From positions 2,869 through 66,868 of the forward strand of contig CAJLRL010000002.1 in assembly GCA_905209075.1 (NCBI GenBank): DNA of 64,000 nucleotides, read 5' to 3'. This DNA comes from an uncultured Lachnospiraceae bacterium (GTDB lineage: Bacteria > Bacillota > Clostridia > Lachnospirales > Lachnospiraceae). Made by a program: the position numbers and the translations under genes. Shown here piece after piece: positions 9,858 to 20,141 of the stretch. A model generated the notes under the pieces. It did not search any database. It worked only from the letters and a program-made list of their open reading frames with translations, and was not told where the DNA came from. Within the stretch, counting starts at the first letter, position 1. Each line of letters opens with the position of its first letter.

Positions 9858-11102
9858 ATGGGAGATATTATGGAAAAAAGACAGATAACATTTTCTCCTC
9901 CTGATATAACGGAGGCAGAAATCGAAGCAGTTGCCGATACACTTAGAAGTGGATGGATCACAACAGGTCCTAAATGCAAAGAATTCGAAAAAAAAATTGC
10001 ACAGTTTATAGGAACTGACAAAGCCGTTGTTCTTAATTCTGCAACAGCATGTCTGGAATCGATACTGCGTTTCTTAGGCATCGGAGCCGGGGATGAAGTG
10101 ATAACAAGTGCCTACACATATACAGCATCAGCAAGTCCCGTTGTACATGTCGGAGCATCGCTTAAGCTTGTAGATTGCAAAAAGGATTCCTTTGAAATAG
10201 ATTATGATGCAATAGAAAATGCAATAACAGAAAAGACAAAAGTGATCATTCCTGTAGACATAGCAGGAGTGCCGTGTGACTATGACAGGATTTTTGAAAT
10301 AGTAGAAAAAAAGAAAAATCTTTTCCAGCCATCAAATGACATACAGAAGGCTTTCGGAAGGATAATTGTCGCAGCCGATGGGGCACATGCTTTTGGCGCA
10401 TATATAAACAAAAAGCAGCCTGATGGTACAGTAAATAAAATCATGGTGGGAAATATCGCTGATTTTACAAGCTTTTCATTCCATGCAGTAAAGAATTTAA
10501 CCACAGCAGAGGGTGGCAGTCTTACATGGAGAAATATTCCTGGAATGGACAATGAAGAGATATATAAGCAGTTCATGCTTCTTTCACTTCATGGACAGAC
10601 AAAGGATGCATTCCATAAAAACCAGCTTGGAGCATGGGAATATGACATAGCGGCTCCTTTATATAAGTGCAATATGACAGATATACAGGCCGCAATTGGA
10701 CTTGTGCAGTTTGAGAGATATCCTGCGCTTTTGGACAGAAGAAGACAGATAATAGGTAAATATGATGAGGCTTTTAAGGAGATGGGATATAAAACAGTTC
10801 CACATTTTACAAAAGACCATACATCAAGCGGTCATCTGTATCTGCTCAGGATACCGGGGATCGATACCCAAAGGAGAAATGACATCATAGTAAAAATGGC
10901 AGAACGAGGCATTGCAACAAATGTACATTACAAGCCTCTTCCTATGATGACTGCATACAAAAACCTCGGATTTGATATATCGGATTATCCTAATGCTTAC
11001 CATCAGTACGAAAACGAGATAACGCTTCCGCTCCATACAAAATTATCTGATGAGGATGTTGACTATATCATTTCAGGTATCAAGGAAATTATGGCAGATT
11101 AA
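9858..11102 (+). CDS. DegT/DnrJ/EryC1/StrS family PLP sugar aminotransferase (PglE-like)
   Basis: 414 aa. Fold-type I aminotransferase blocks (SATACLE, FSFHAVKNLT with PLP-Lys, NVHYKPLP). Follows a PglF-like dehydratase. Confidence 0.8.
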   Translation: MGDIMEKRQITFSPPDITEAEIEAVADTLRSGWITTGPKCKEFEKKIAQFIGTDKAVVLNSATACLESILRFLGIGAGDEVITSAYTYTASASPVVHVGASLKLVDCKKDSFEIDYDAIENAITEKTKVIIPVDIAGVPCDYDRIFEIVEKKKNLFQPSNDIQKAFGRIIVAADGAHAFGAYINKKQPDGTVNKIMVGNIADFTSFSFHAVKNLTTAEGGSLTWRNIPGMDNEEIYKQFMLLSLHGQTKDAFHKNQLGAWEYDIAAPLYKCNMTDIQAAIGLVQFERYPALLDRRRQIIGKYDEAFKEMGYKTVPHFTKDHTSSGHLYLLRIPGIDTQRRNDIIVKMAERGIATNVHYKPLPMMTAYKNLGFDISDYPNAYHQYENEITLPLHTKLSDEDVDYIISGIKEIMAD

Positions 11103-11179
11103 GGTTACCGTCTGCGCCTGTATGTGCAGGTAACCGGAGTGATCTGATCACATGAGTACAAATATAACGGAGATATAAT

Positions 11180-11869
11180 ATGAACAGATGGAAGTCATGG
11201 GGAGAACTCCCGGAATTTATGAAAAATGAATACACACTTAGATATTACAGGCGGCTTAGCAGGAAAAGAGGCAGTATGGCACTTAAACGGATATTTGATG
11301 TCATTATGTCGCTTATATTGCTGGTGCCGCTGTCTCCGGTGATACTGGTCCTTGCGATCTGGATAAAAGCAGACAGCAAAGGACCTGTTTTTTTCAGACA
11401 GGAACGTATCACCCAGTATGGCAGAAAATTCAAAATATATAAATTCAGAACAATGGTAGATGATGCTGATAAAAAAGGCTCACTTGTAACAACAGAGGGA
11501 GATGCAAGGATCACAAGAGTTGGAGCCGCCATAAGAAAATACAGATTGGACGAGCTACCGCAGTTATTTAATGTTCTTGCAGGAGATATGACATTTGTAG
11601 GAACAAGGCCGGAGGTCGAAAAATACGTTATGGCATACACCCCTTCAATGATGGCAACACTTCTTATGCCTGCTGGTATTACAAGTGATGCGAGCATAAA
11701 ATATAAGGATGAGGAAAAACTTTTAAAAGCTGCAGATGATGTGGATCATGTATATATCAAAAAGGTTCTTCCCCAAAAGATGAGATATAATCTTTCATAC
11801 CTTAAACATTTTTCGATCATAAGAGATATAAGGATATGTATTGAAACGGTACTTGCGGTACTCAAATAG
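11180..11869 (+). CDS. Small PglC/WbaP-type phosphoglycosyl transferase (bacterial sugar transferase). Start may be the internal Met at 11276.
   Basis: KRIFDVIMSLILL..., single TM, then PVFFRQERITQYGRKFKIYKFRTM...RLDELPQLFNVL motifs, diagnostic of the bacterial sugar transferase family. Confidence 0.8.
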   Translation: MNRWKSWGELPEFMKNEYTLRYYRRLSRKRGSMALKRIFDVIMSLILLVPLSPVILVLAIWIKADSKGPVFFRQERITQYGRKFKIYKFRTMVDDADKKGSLVTTEGDARITRVGAAIRKYRLDELPQLFNVLAGDMTFVGTRPEVEKYVMAYTPSMMATLLMPAGITSDASIKYKDEEKLLKAADDVDHVYIKKVLPQKMRYNLSYLKHFSIIRDIRICIETVLAVLK

Positions 11870-11883
11870 GAGAGGATGGTCAT

Positions 11884-12702
11884 ATGGGATTTTCAGTACT
11901 TATGTCTATATACTATAAAGAAAAACCTGATAATTTTGCGCAGTGCATGGACAGCCTGCTGGCGCAGACTTCTCTTCCTGATGAAATAGTTCTGGTTGAG
12001 GATGGAAGGCTGACAGATGAACTTTATAAGGTTATAGATGAATATACAGGCAGAATGGGCAATATAAATTTCGTAAGACTAAGATTAGACGAAAACAGAG
12101 GATTAGGGATTGCTCTTTCATATGGCATAAAACATTGCCGGAACAGACTTGTAGCAAGGATGGATACAGATGATATAGCTGTAAAGGACAGATTTGCCAT
12201 GCAGCTGAAGGCTTTTTCGAAGAACCCGTCACTTGATATTGTCGGAGGTTATATAGACGAATTTATAGATGAGCCTGACAAACCATATTCGGTGCGTATG
12301 GTGCCAATCAGCCAGAAAGATATTTACAAATATCAAAGAAGGCGGGATGCGTTTAACCATATGACAGTCATGTACAAGAAAAATACTGTCATAGAAGCCG
12401 GAAACTACAAGGACTGTCTTCTGATGGAGGACTCACTTTTGTGGGCGGAAATGATAAAGAACCATGCACATATGGCGAATATCCCCAAAGTGCTTGTACA
12501 TGCCAGATGTGGTGATGACATGATAGACAGAAGAGGTGGAATGGACTATTTCTTTAAATATAAAAACGGAAGGAAACACATCTTAAAGACCGGTACAATA
12601 AGCTATGCAGATTACTGTGTCACAGTGGCGGCACAGTTTGTTGTGTGTATTATGCCTACAGCACTGCGGCGGTTTATTTTTAAAAAAATATTACGCAAGT
12701 AA
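11884..12702 (+). CDS. GT2 family glycosyltransferase
   Basis: VLMSIYYKEKPDNF...ARMDTDD (DxD) GT-A fold signature. Confidence 0.7.
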   Translation: MGFSVLMSIYYKEKPDNFAQCMDSLLAQTSLPDEIVLVEDGRLTDELYKVIDEYTGRMGNINFVRLRLDENRGLGIALSYGIKHCRNRLVARMDTDDIAVKDRFAMQLKAFSKNPSLDIVGGYIDEFIDEPDKPYSVRMVPISQKDIYKYQRRRDAFNHMTVMYKKNTVIEAGNYKDCLLMEDSLLWAEMIKNHAHMANIPKVLVHARCGDDMIDRRGGMDYFFKYKNGRKHILKTGTISYADYCVTVAAQFVVCIMPTALRRFIFKKILRK

Positions 12703-12785
12703 ACTTTTCAAATAGCATGACTTGTGATAAAATCTATAAGAATTGTTACAAGTATTACGAATTTATTTCAGGAGGGATAATATAA

Positions 12786-14516
12786 ATGGATTTCAGAGCA
12801 GAATACGAAAAATGGTGTACAGATCCATATTTTGATGAGGCGACAAAAGCTGAGCTTAAAGCATTAAACGGAAATGATAAAGAGATAGAGGACAGATTTT
12901 ACCGCACTCTTGAGTTTGGTACAGCCGGACTTCGCGGAGTTATAGGAGCAGGAACGAACAGGATGAACATCTATACAGTTCGTCAGGCTACACAGGGACT
13001 TGCAAACTACATACTCTCACAGGGAGAGGAAGCCGCAAAAAGAGGCGTTGCGATCGCACATGATTCCAGAAATATGCATGATGAGTTTACAGATGCAACA
13101 GCACTCTGCCTTGCTGCAAACGGAATAAAGACATATGTATTTCCACAGCTTGCACCGGTTCCAGAGCTTTCATATGCAGTAAGGACACTTGGAACAATAG
13201 CGGGAGTTGTTATAACAGCAAGCCATAATCCGCGTGAGTATAATGGATACAAGGTATACTGGGAAGATGGTGCACAGGTTACGCCGCCTCATGATACAAA
13301 TATAATGGCTGAGGTTGCTAAAGTTACATCTTTTGACCAGGTAAAGACAATGGATCGCGAAGATGCAATAAAAGCAGGACTTTACAACGTAATCTCAGAT
13401 GAAGTTGAAGAGGGATATTTTGGAGAACTTAAAAAGCTTTCGATCCATCCTGAAATCATTAAAGATATGGCAAAAGACATCAAGATAGTGTATACACCTC
13501 TTCATGGAACAGGTCTTCGTCCGGTACAAAGAGTACTTAAGGATATGGGCTTTGAGAATGTATATATTGAGCCACAGCAGGCAGTTCCTGACGGAAACTT
13601 CCCTACATGCCCTTATCCAAACCCGGAGAATCCGGATGCATGGAAGCTTGCACTTGAACTTGCAAAGGAAAAGGATGCTGATATCGTTTTAGCAACTGAC
13701 CCTGATGCAGACAGACTTGGTGTATATTGTAAGGATACAAAGACAGGCGAGTATGTTACATTTACAGGAAATATGTCAGCAATGCTTATCGGTGAGTATA
13801 TTTTAAGCCAGAAGAGTGCCAATGGTACTTTGCCTGAGAATCCTGCATTTGTAGAGTCGATCGTTTCAACAGATATGGGTAAGGCAATTGCGGCAGCATA
13901 TGGTGTAAAGCATATAGAGGTGCTTACAGGATTTAAGTATATTGGTGAGCAGATGCTTAAATTCGAAAAGACAGGATGTAACAATTATGTATTCGGTATG
14001 GAAGAAAGCTATGGATGTCTTCCGGGTACATATGCAAGAGATAAAGATGCACCGGCAGCAGTATGTATGCTCTGCGAGGTTGCAGCATTCTATAAATCAC
14101 AGGGCAAGACACTCTGGGATGGAATGATCGACATGTATGAGAAATACGGATACTATCGTGAGGGCATTTCTACACTCACATTAAAGGGTATTGACGGAGC
14201 AGCCCAGATCAATGAGATAATGACAAAAGCGCGTGATAATGCGCCGGATACATTTGGTGAGTATAAGGTACTTGCTATACGTGATTATAAGAACGATACG
14301 AGAAAAGACATGGCAACAGGCAAAGTGGAGCCTACAGGACTTCCTAGCTCAAATGTTTTATACTATGAACTTAACGATAACGCTTGGTGCTGTGTACGGC
14401 CTTCTGGTACAGAGCCAAAGATCAAATTCTATTTTGGAGTAAAGGGAAGCTCACTGGAAGATTCACAGTCTAAGCTTGATGCACTTTCAGCAGAAGTTTT
14501 AAAACGTTTCGAATAA
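12786..14516 (+). CDS. Phosphoglucomutase/phosphomannomutase (alpha-D-phosphohexomutase)
   Basis: TASHNPREYNGYKVY active-site Ser loop, GTAGLRG, 576 aa four-domain architecture. Confidence 0.85.
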   Translation: MDFRAEYEKWCTDPYFDEATKAELKALNGNDKEIEDRFYRTLEFGTAGLRGVIGAGTNRMNIYTVRQATQGLANYILSQGEEAAKRGVAIAHDSRNMHDEFTDATALCLAANGIKTYVFPQLAPVPELSYAVRTLGTIAGVVITASHNPREYNGYKVYWEDGAQVTPPHDTNIMAEVAKVTSFDQVKTMDREDAIKAGLYNVISDEVEEGYFGELKKLSIHPEIIKDMAKDIKIVYTPLHGTGLRPVQRVLKDMGFENVYIEPQQAVPDGNFPTCPYPNPENPDAWKLALELAKEKDADIVLATDPDADRLGVYCKDTKTGEYVTFTGNMSAMLIGEYILSQKSANGTLPENPAFVESIVSTDMGKAIAAAYGVKHIEVLTGFKYIGEQMLKFEKTGCNNYVFGMEESYGCLPGTYARDKDAPAAVCMLCEVAAFYKSQGKTLWDGMIDMYEKYGYYREGISTLTLKGIDGAAQINEIMTKARDNAPDTFGEYKVLAIRDYKNDTRKDMATGKVEPTGLPSSNVLYYELNDNAWCCVRPSGTEPKIKFYFGVKGSSLEDSQSKLDALSAEVLKRFE

Positions 14517-14517
14517 T

Positions 14518-14718
14518 ATGATGAAAATATACATTTGTCCGCAGTGTGGATGGGTCCGTATGGTCTCAAGAAGGAAAACTGTGGAATGTCACAAATGTGG
14601 AAACATGCAGATGCGGCTTACAAATCTTGAATTTGACAAATATGCTGACATGACAGAAAAAGAACGTAAAGATTACGCAGATGCCTGGTTATATATTCAT
14701 AAGAGAAATAAAGGATAG
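14518..14718 (+). CDS. Small zinc-ribbon protein (4-Cys)
   Basis: 66 aa with CPQC...CHKC pairs. Confidence 0.4.
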   Translation: MMKIYICPQCGWVRMVSRRKTVECHKCGNMQMRLTNLEFDKYADMTEKERKDYADAWLYIHKRNKG

Positions 14719-14722
14719 AAAT

Positions 14723-15985
14723 ATGGCAGGAAAGAAAAAGAAAAGAGGCCGCAAAAAGATAGTCCTCTTTGTATTTGAAATATTACTTCTGGGAGTGCTT
14801 CTTGGGGTGTTGTGGTTATATAACACAACACTCGGTCAGGTTGACTTTGATGATGAGGCATTATCAGCAAGTGAAGCAGGAATTAATGAGGATATAGACG
14901 AGGATGCTCTTGCAAATATGCATGGGTATCTGAATGTAGCCCTTTTCGGTCTTGATAACCGCAGTAATGGTTCATATGATGAAGGAAATTCAGACTGTAT
15001 CATTATTGCAAGCTTAAATTACGACACAAAGGAAGTGCAGCTAGTATCGTTATACAGAGATACTTACCTTAGTTCAGGAAACGGACGTTATACAAAGGCT
15101 AATGGTGCATATTCGGCAGGTGGTGTAAAAAGAGCGATATCAATGGTTAATTCAAACCTTGACCTTAATATCACAAAATATATATGTGTAGACTGGAAAG
15201 CACTTGTTGATGCCATTGATGACCTTGGTGGGGTAGATCTTGATGTTACACAGGATGAGGTCGATGAGATCAATTATCTTTTACCGGAGATAGACGGAAC
15301 TACAGGATATGATACAGCTGAAGTTACAACTACCGGAACGGTTCATCTTGATGGCACACAGGCAACTGCTTATGCGCGTATCAGATCGACATCAGGAGAT
15401 GATTTCCTTCGTGCTTCCAGACAAAGGATTGTGCTTCAGGCAATGCTTGATAAGGCACAAAATGCAGATCTTGCATCGCTTAAGTCTATGTGTACAGATA
15501 TATTAAAACAGATAAGTACTAACTTTACTGCAGCAGAGCTTATACAGTATGCATCAGCAGTAAACAAATACGAGATAAAATCTACAACAGGATTTCCGTT
15601 TGAACTTACAACAAAGATACTTTCATCAACAGGTGATACGGTTATCCCTATAGATCTTGCAAAGAATGTGTCGGAGCTTCATGAATATCTATTCAATGAG
15701 CAGGGGTATACAGCATCTGATACAGTTCAGAGGATAAGCCAGAAGATCGAGGATAAAACAGGTGTCGATCCGGATGAAGCGGCATATGATCTCGACAAGT
15801 TCAACGATACTGTAGGTTCTGATGGAACAGAGGGTGTAAAGAAAAAGAATGAATTAAAGAATCCAAAAAGTACTGAGCAGGATGTTGATTCAGATGACGG
15901 TGATTCAGATTCAGACGACAGGGATTCAGATTCAGATGAAGAACAAAATGACAGAGAAGGTAATGGAAACGAGGAAGAATACTAA
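14723..15985 (+). CDS. LytR-CpsA-Psr (LCP) family cell-wall glycopolymer ligase with acidic C-terminal tail
   Basis: Lys/Arg-rich N-terminus plus TM. The LCP core contains SDCIIIASLN...VQLVSLYRDTY and RQRIV motifs. C-terminal D/S/E-rich tail. Internal start at 14723 preceded by AAAGGA. Confidence 0.8.
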   Translation: MAGKKKKRGRKKIVLFVFEILLLGVLLGVLWLYNTTLGQVDFDDEALSASEAGINEDIDEDALANMHGYLNVALFGLDNRSNGSYDEGNSDCIIIASLNYDTKEVQLVSLYRDTYLSSGNGRYTKANGAYSAGGVKRAISMVNSNLDLNITKYICVDWKALVDAIDDLGGVDLDVTQDEVDEINYLLPEIDGTTGYDTAEVTTTGTVHLDGTQATAYARIRSTSGDDFLRASRQRIVLQAMLDKAQNADLASLKSMCTDILKQISTNFTAAELIQYASAVNKYEIKSTTGFPFELTTKILSSTGDTVIPIDLAKNVSELHEYLFNEQGYTASDTVQRISQKIEDKTGVDPDEAAYDLDKFNDTVGSDGTEGVKKKNELKNPKSTEQDVDSDDGDSDSDDRDSDSDEEQNDREGNGNEEEY

Positions 15986-17199
15986 TGGAAATGAAAAAAG
16001 AAATCAAAGACAAAGTAGTAAACACTAACCAGAAATATCTGGAGAAATTTTTATCACAGGATGTGCCTGAAAAACTTGAAAAACAGCTTGAAAACATGGA
16101 CTGGTCTTATATTGACATGATAAACGATAAAGAACAGAAAAGAGGAACTTTTTCTCCACTTGAGGCAATGGAGATATCCAAGATCGAGAGCAATAGATCA
16201 AAGTATACAGATATAGGAATCGATGCGATAAAAAACACAAAAGTCGGAGCAATTCTTCTAGCCGGAGGACAGGGCACACGTCTTGGATTCGACAAGGCAA
16301 AGGGAATGTTTAATATCGGACAGACAAAAGAGCTTTATATATTTGAACAGCTTATAGCAAACCTTATGAAAGTCACAAAGGCAGCAGATGCATGGGTTCC
16401 TCTTTACATCATGACAAGTGAGATAAACGATGCCATGACAAGAGAGTTTTTTGAAGAGCACAACTATTTTGGATACAACAGGGATTTTGTAAAGTTCTTT
16501 GTACAGGAAATGGTTCCGGCAGTTGATTTTGACGGAAATCTTCTCATGAAATCAGAGGATTCACTTGCAATGTCTCCTAACGGAAATGGTGGATGGTTCA
16601 AGTCACTTATAAATGCAGGTCTCGACAAAGATTTAAAAGACAAAGGTGTTGAGTGGCTCAATGTATTTGCTGTGGATAATGTACTTCAGCAGATAGCTGA
16701 TCCGGTATTTGTCGGTGCGACAATTGATTCAGGATGTGTAAGCGGCGCAAAAGTTGTAAGAAAAGTAGATCCATATGAAAGAGTTGGTGCACTTTGTCTT
16801 GAGGACGGCAAGCCATCTATAGTTGAGTACTATGAACTTACACCGGAAATGGCAGAGGCAAAGAATCCAAATGGATCACTCCAGTATGGATTTGGTGTTA
16901 TCCTTAACTATATCTTCCGTGTTGACAAGTTGTTTGGAATTGCGCAAAAGAGTCTACCGCTTCATGTTGTTGAAAAGAAAGTTCCATATATAGATGAGAA
17001 CAATACAGAGCATAAACCGGAAAAGCCAAACGCATACAAATTTGAAACATTGATCCTTGACATGGTTTATATGATGGATGATTGTCTCCCATTTGAGGTA
17101 GACAGGGAGAAAGAATTTGCACCGGTAAAGAATGCCACAGGTGTTGATTCGGTTGAGTCTGCGAGAGCGCTTTTAGTTAAAAATGGTATTGAAATATAA
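15985..17199 (+). CDS. UDP-sugar pyrophosphorylase (UDPGP type 1 family; UDP-GlcNAc/UDP-Glc pyrophosphorylase-like)
   Basis: LLAGGQGTRLG nucleotide-binding loop and about 400-aa length of the eukaryote-like UDPGP family. Confidence 0.7.
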   Translation: MEMKKEIKDKVVNTNQKYLEKFLSQDVPEKLEKQLENMDWSYIDMINDKEQKRGTFSPLEAMEISKIESNRSKYTDIGIDAIKNTKVGAILLAGGQGTRLGFDKAKGMFNIGQTKELYIFEQLIANLMKVTKAADAWVPLYIMTSEINDAMTREFFEEHNYFGYNRDFVKFFVQEMVPAVDFDGNLLMKSEDSLAMSPNGNGGWFKSLINAGLDKDLKDKGVEWLNVFAVDNVLQQIADPVFVGATIDSGCVSGAKVVRKVDPYERVGALCLEDGKPSIVEYYELTPEMAEAKNPNGSLQYGFGVILNYIFRVDKLFGIAQKSLPLHVVEKKVPYIDENNTEHKPEKPNAYKFETLILDMVYMMDDCLPFEVDREKEFAPVKNATGVDSVESARALLVKNGIEI

Positions 17200-17208
17200 G
17201 ATAATACA

Positions 17209-17241
17209 CTTCCCGGTTGCTTTTGACCGGGAAGTTTTTTT
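17209..17241 (+). terminator. Rho-independent terminator
   Basis: CTTCCCGG-ttgcttttga-CCGGGAAG stem followed by T7. Confidence 0.75.
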
Positions 17242-17345
17242 ATTTTTTCTAAAATCGTCACAATTTAAACACAGATTATAGGTATACTCATCATTGTAGA
17301 AAAGAAATGGATAAAAACCTTTGAAGAGGAAAGGGGTAATATATT

Positions 17346-18947
17346 ATGGATAACAATTTTAATAATAATGGATTCAATGGATATCAGACAGATCCTTATA
17401 AACAGGGCAGTGACGCATCAGCACAGAATGTAAATACAGACAAAGCTGATGGATCACAAAACATGGCACAGCAGTCAAACTATAATCCATATAGTGGATA
17501 TAACTACGGACAGACTGACATGTATGGAAATAATCAGACAAATGCATATTCACAGAGTGCGCAGAACAATGCAGCGGGAAATGCATACACACAGGGCGCT
17601 CAGAATCCGGCAGGTGGCAGACGCAAAAAAGAAAAGAAAAAAGGCGGGTTCGGAGCATTTATGGGAAGAACCGTGGCTGCAGCACTTGTATTTGGACTTG
17701 TAGGTGGAGGAATTTTTACCGGTGTAAGTTATGTTGGAACGAGATCACTTCACACGCAGGGAACTTCTAAGGCTACATTGAGCACAACAACAGATTCAAA
17801 AAATAGTGGTTCTGCTACAACAACTTCAGCTTCAGATGATAGCTCAGCAGATGTATCATCTATTGTAAAAAATGTAATGCCAAGCATAGTTGCAATAACA
17901 AATACAGGAACAGTAAGCTATAATACATTTTTCGGGGAGCAGTCCCAGCAGAGTGAAAGTGCAGGATCCGGAATTATAGTAAGTGAGGATGATGACTATT
18001 TATATATTTCTACAAATAATCATGTTGTAGCAAATGCAGAGCAGCTTACAGTACAGTTCTGTGATAATGAAGTAGTCGCAGCCGAGGTAAGAGGAACAGA
18101 TCCTGATGACGATCTTGCTGTTGTAAGAGTTAAAAAGTCAGATATAAAGAGCGATACAATGTCAGCTATAAAAATAGCTACGATTGGTGATTCTGATTCA
18201 GCATCAGTCGGCAATGAGGCAATAGCGATCGGAAATGCTTTAGGATATGGACAGACAGTTACAACAGGTATTGTAAGTGCCCTTGACAGAACAGTTACAA
18301 CACAGGATTCCACAACAGGTGAGACAACAACGAACAGCCATCTTATCCAGACAGATGCAGCCATAAATCCTGGTAACAGTGGAGGCGCACTGCTCAATGC
18401 AGCTGGTGAGGTTATCGGAATAAACTCTGTAAAATACTCATCTACAGAGGTTGAAGGAATCGGATATGCGATCCCTATGTCAGTTGCACAGCCTATCATA
18501 GAAAGCCTTATCCAGAATGGCTCATACACCAATGAAAATGCAGCTTACCTTGGAATAAAAGGCGGCGATGTTTCATCTGAAATGATAGCTTACGGATTCC
18601 CGGCAGGTGTATATGTTTCATCTGTTATCAATGGTTCAGGCGCACAGGCAGCAGGAATCAGCGAGGGTGATATAATCACAGAAGTAGACGGAACAAAGGT
18701 CACAGGAATGTCAGATCTTAAGGCTGCACTTAAATCATACTCAGCAGGAGACAAGGTCACATTTACTGTAGCACGCCAGAATGGAAATAAATATGAGACA
18801 TCATCTGTGGATGTAACACTCAGTGCTGCAAGCCAGTTACAGGATGACACAAGCAGTGAAAACAATAGCGGAAGTGACAGTAACGGAAATAACGGCAGCA
18901 ATGGATACAATGATAATGGCAATGGCTTTAATCCATTTGGAAACTAA
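17346..18947 (+). CDS. htrA: HtrA/DegP-family serine protease with PDZ domain
   Basis: His/Asp/Ser triad blocks (NNHVV..., DDDLAV, NPGNSGGALLN), C-terminal PDZ, N-terminal Q/N/Y-rich cytoplasmic tail plus TM. Confidence 0.85.
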   Translation: MDNNFNNNGFNGYQTDPYKQGSDASAQNVNTDKADGSQNMAQQSNYNPYSGYNYGQTDMYGNNQTNAYSQSAQNNAAGNAYTQGAQNPAGGRRKKEKKKGGFGAFMGRTVAAALVFGLVGGGIFTGVSYVGTRSLHTQGTSKATLSTTTDSKNSGSATTTSASDDSSADVSSIVKNVMPSIVAITNTGTVSYNTFFGEQSQQSESAGSGIIVSEDDDYLYISTNNHVVANAEQLTVQFCDNEVVAAEVRGTDPDDDLAVVRVKKSDIKSDTMSAIKIATIGDSDSASVGNEAIAIGNALGYGQTVTTGIVSALDRTVTTQDSTTGETTTNSHLIQTDAAINPGNSGGALLNAAGEVIGINSVKYSSTEVEGIGYAIPMSVAQPIIESLIQNGSYTNENAAYLGIKGGDVSSEMIAYGFPAGVYVSSVINGSGAQAAGISEGDIITEVDGTKVTGMSDLKAALKSYSAGDKVTFTVARQNGNKYETSSVDVTLSAASQLQDDTSSENNSGSDSNGNNGSNGYNDNGNGFNPFGN

Positions 18948-18965
18948 ATAGTAAAAACATATTTT

Positions 18966-18993
18966 GCGGTCGGCGTATGCCGACCGCATTTTG
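18966..18993 (+). terminator. Rho-independent terminator
   Basis: GCGGTCGGC-gtat-GCCGACCGC hairpin followed by ATTTTG. Confidence 0.65.
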
Positions 18994-19035
18994 CTGTTAA
19001 TAGTAAAAAATAGTACTTTAGACGAATATGTTTCA

Positions 19036-19064
19036 TTGACAAAAAATCATTAGTATTTCATAAT
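19036..19064 (+). promoter_or_regulatory. Sigma-A-type promoter upstream of carbamate kinase
   Basis: TTGACA, 17-nt spacer, CATAAT. Confidence 0.45.
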
Positions 19065-19133
19065 AGAATGTATATAAAAAGGATTATCTAAGCTATTAAG
19101 TAGCATAATGAAAACATACATCAGGAGGTTATC

Positions 19134-20066
19134 ATGAAGAAAAAAAAGATTGTCATAGCACTTGGACATGAGGCGCTTGGAACAACATTACCGGAGCAGC
19201 AGGAGGCTACAAGAAGAACAGCAAAGGCTGTTGCAGATTTTATAAGGGATGATTATGAAGTTGTTATAACACACAGCAACGGACCGCAGGTTGGAATGAT
19301 ACATACAGCAATGTCAGAATTCTGCAGGATTTATCCGGAGTATACTGCAACACCTACATCCGTATGTTCTGCGATGAGTCAGGGATATATCGGATATGAT
19401 CTGCAGAATGCGATCAGAACAGAGCTTTTAAACAGAGGTATATACAAAACGGTATCTACAGTACTCACACAGGTTATAGTAGATCCATATGATGAGGCTT
19501 TCTATCATCCGACAAAGGTTATCGGCAGAGTTATGACAAAAGACGAAGCCGAGGAAGAGGAAAAGAAAGGAAACCATGTTACACAGGTTGACGGAGGATA
19601 CAGAAGAATTATCGCTGCACCAAAGCCTGTCGATATTGTAGAGAAAGATGCAATAAAGGCACTGGTTGATGCAAATCAGGTAGTTATAGCATGCGGCGGA
19701 GGCGGAATCCCTGTACTTTCCCAGGGAAACAAGCTTCAGGGTGCAAGTGCTGTAATCGAAAAAGATCTTGCAGCAGGAAAGCTTGCACAGCTTCTGGATG
19801 CAGATATGCTTGTGATTTTAACAAGTGTGGATAAGGTCTGCCTTAATTTCGAAAAGGAAGATGAAAAAGCACTTGATACAATGACAGTGGCACAGGCAAA
19901 GGAATATCTCGCAGAAGGCCAGTTTGGAGAGGGAACAATGGCTCCAAAGATTGAGGCTGCGATCGATTTTATAGATGAGTCAGCGATCCGCTCTGTACTC
20001 ATCACAAAACTAAACAAGGAAGGAACAGAACTTACCGGTGGAATGGGAACTCTCATCAAGAAATAA
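19134..20066 (+). CDS. arcC: Carbamate kinase
   Basis: 310 aa. KIVIALGHEAL N-terminal motif and amino-acid-kinase-fold blocks typical of ArcC. Confidence 0.8.
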   Translation: MKKKKIVIALGHEALGTTLPEQQEATRRTAKAVADFIRDDYEVVITHSNGPQVGMIHTAMSEFCRIYPEYTATPTSVCSAMSQGYIGYDLQNAIRTELLNRGIYKTVSTVLTQVIVDPYDEAFYHPTKVIGRVMTKDEAEEEEKKGNHVTQVDGGYRRIIAAPKPVDIVEKDAIKALVDANQVVIACGGGGIPVLSQGNKLQGASAVIEKDLAAGKLAQLLDADMLVILTSVDKVCLNFEKEDEKALDTMTVAQAKEYLAEGQFGEGTMAPKIEAAIDFIDESAIRSVLITKLNKEGTELTGGMGTLIKK

Positions 20067-20141
20067 ATTATCTGATACTGTCCGTAAGGTTTGAAACGGA
20101 CAGTACTGATCATTTACATCGATAAGTAAGGAAAACATATA

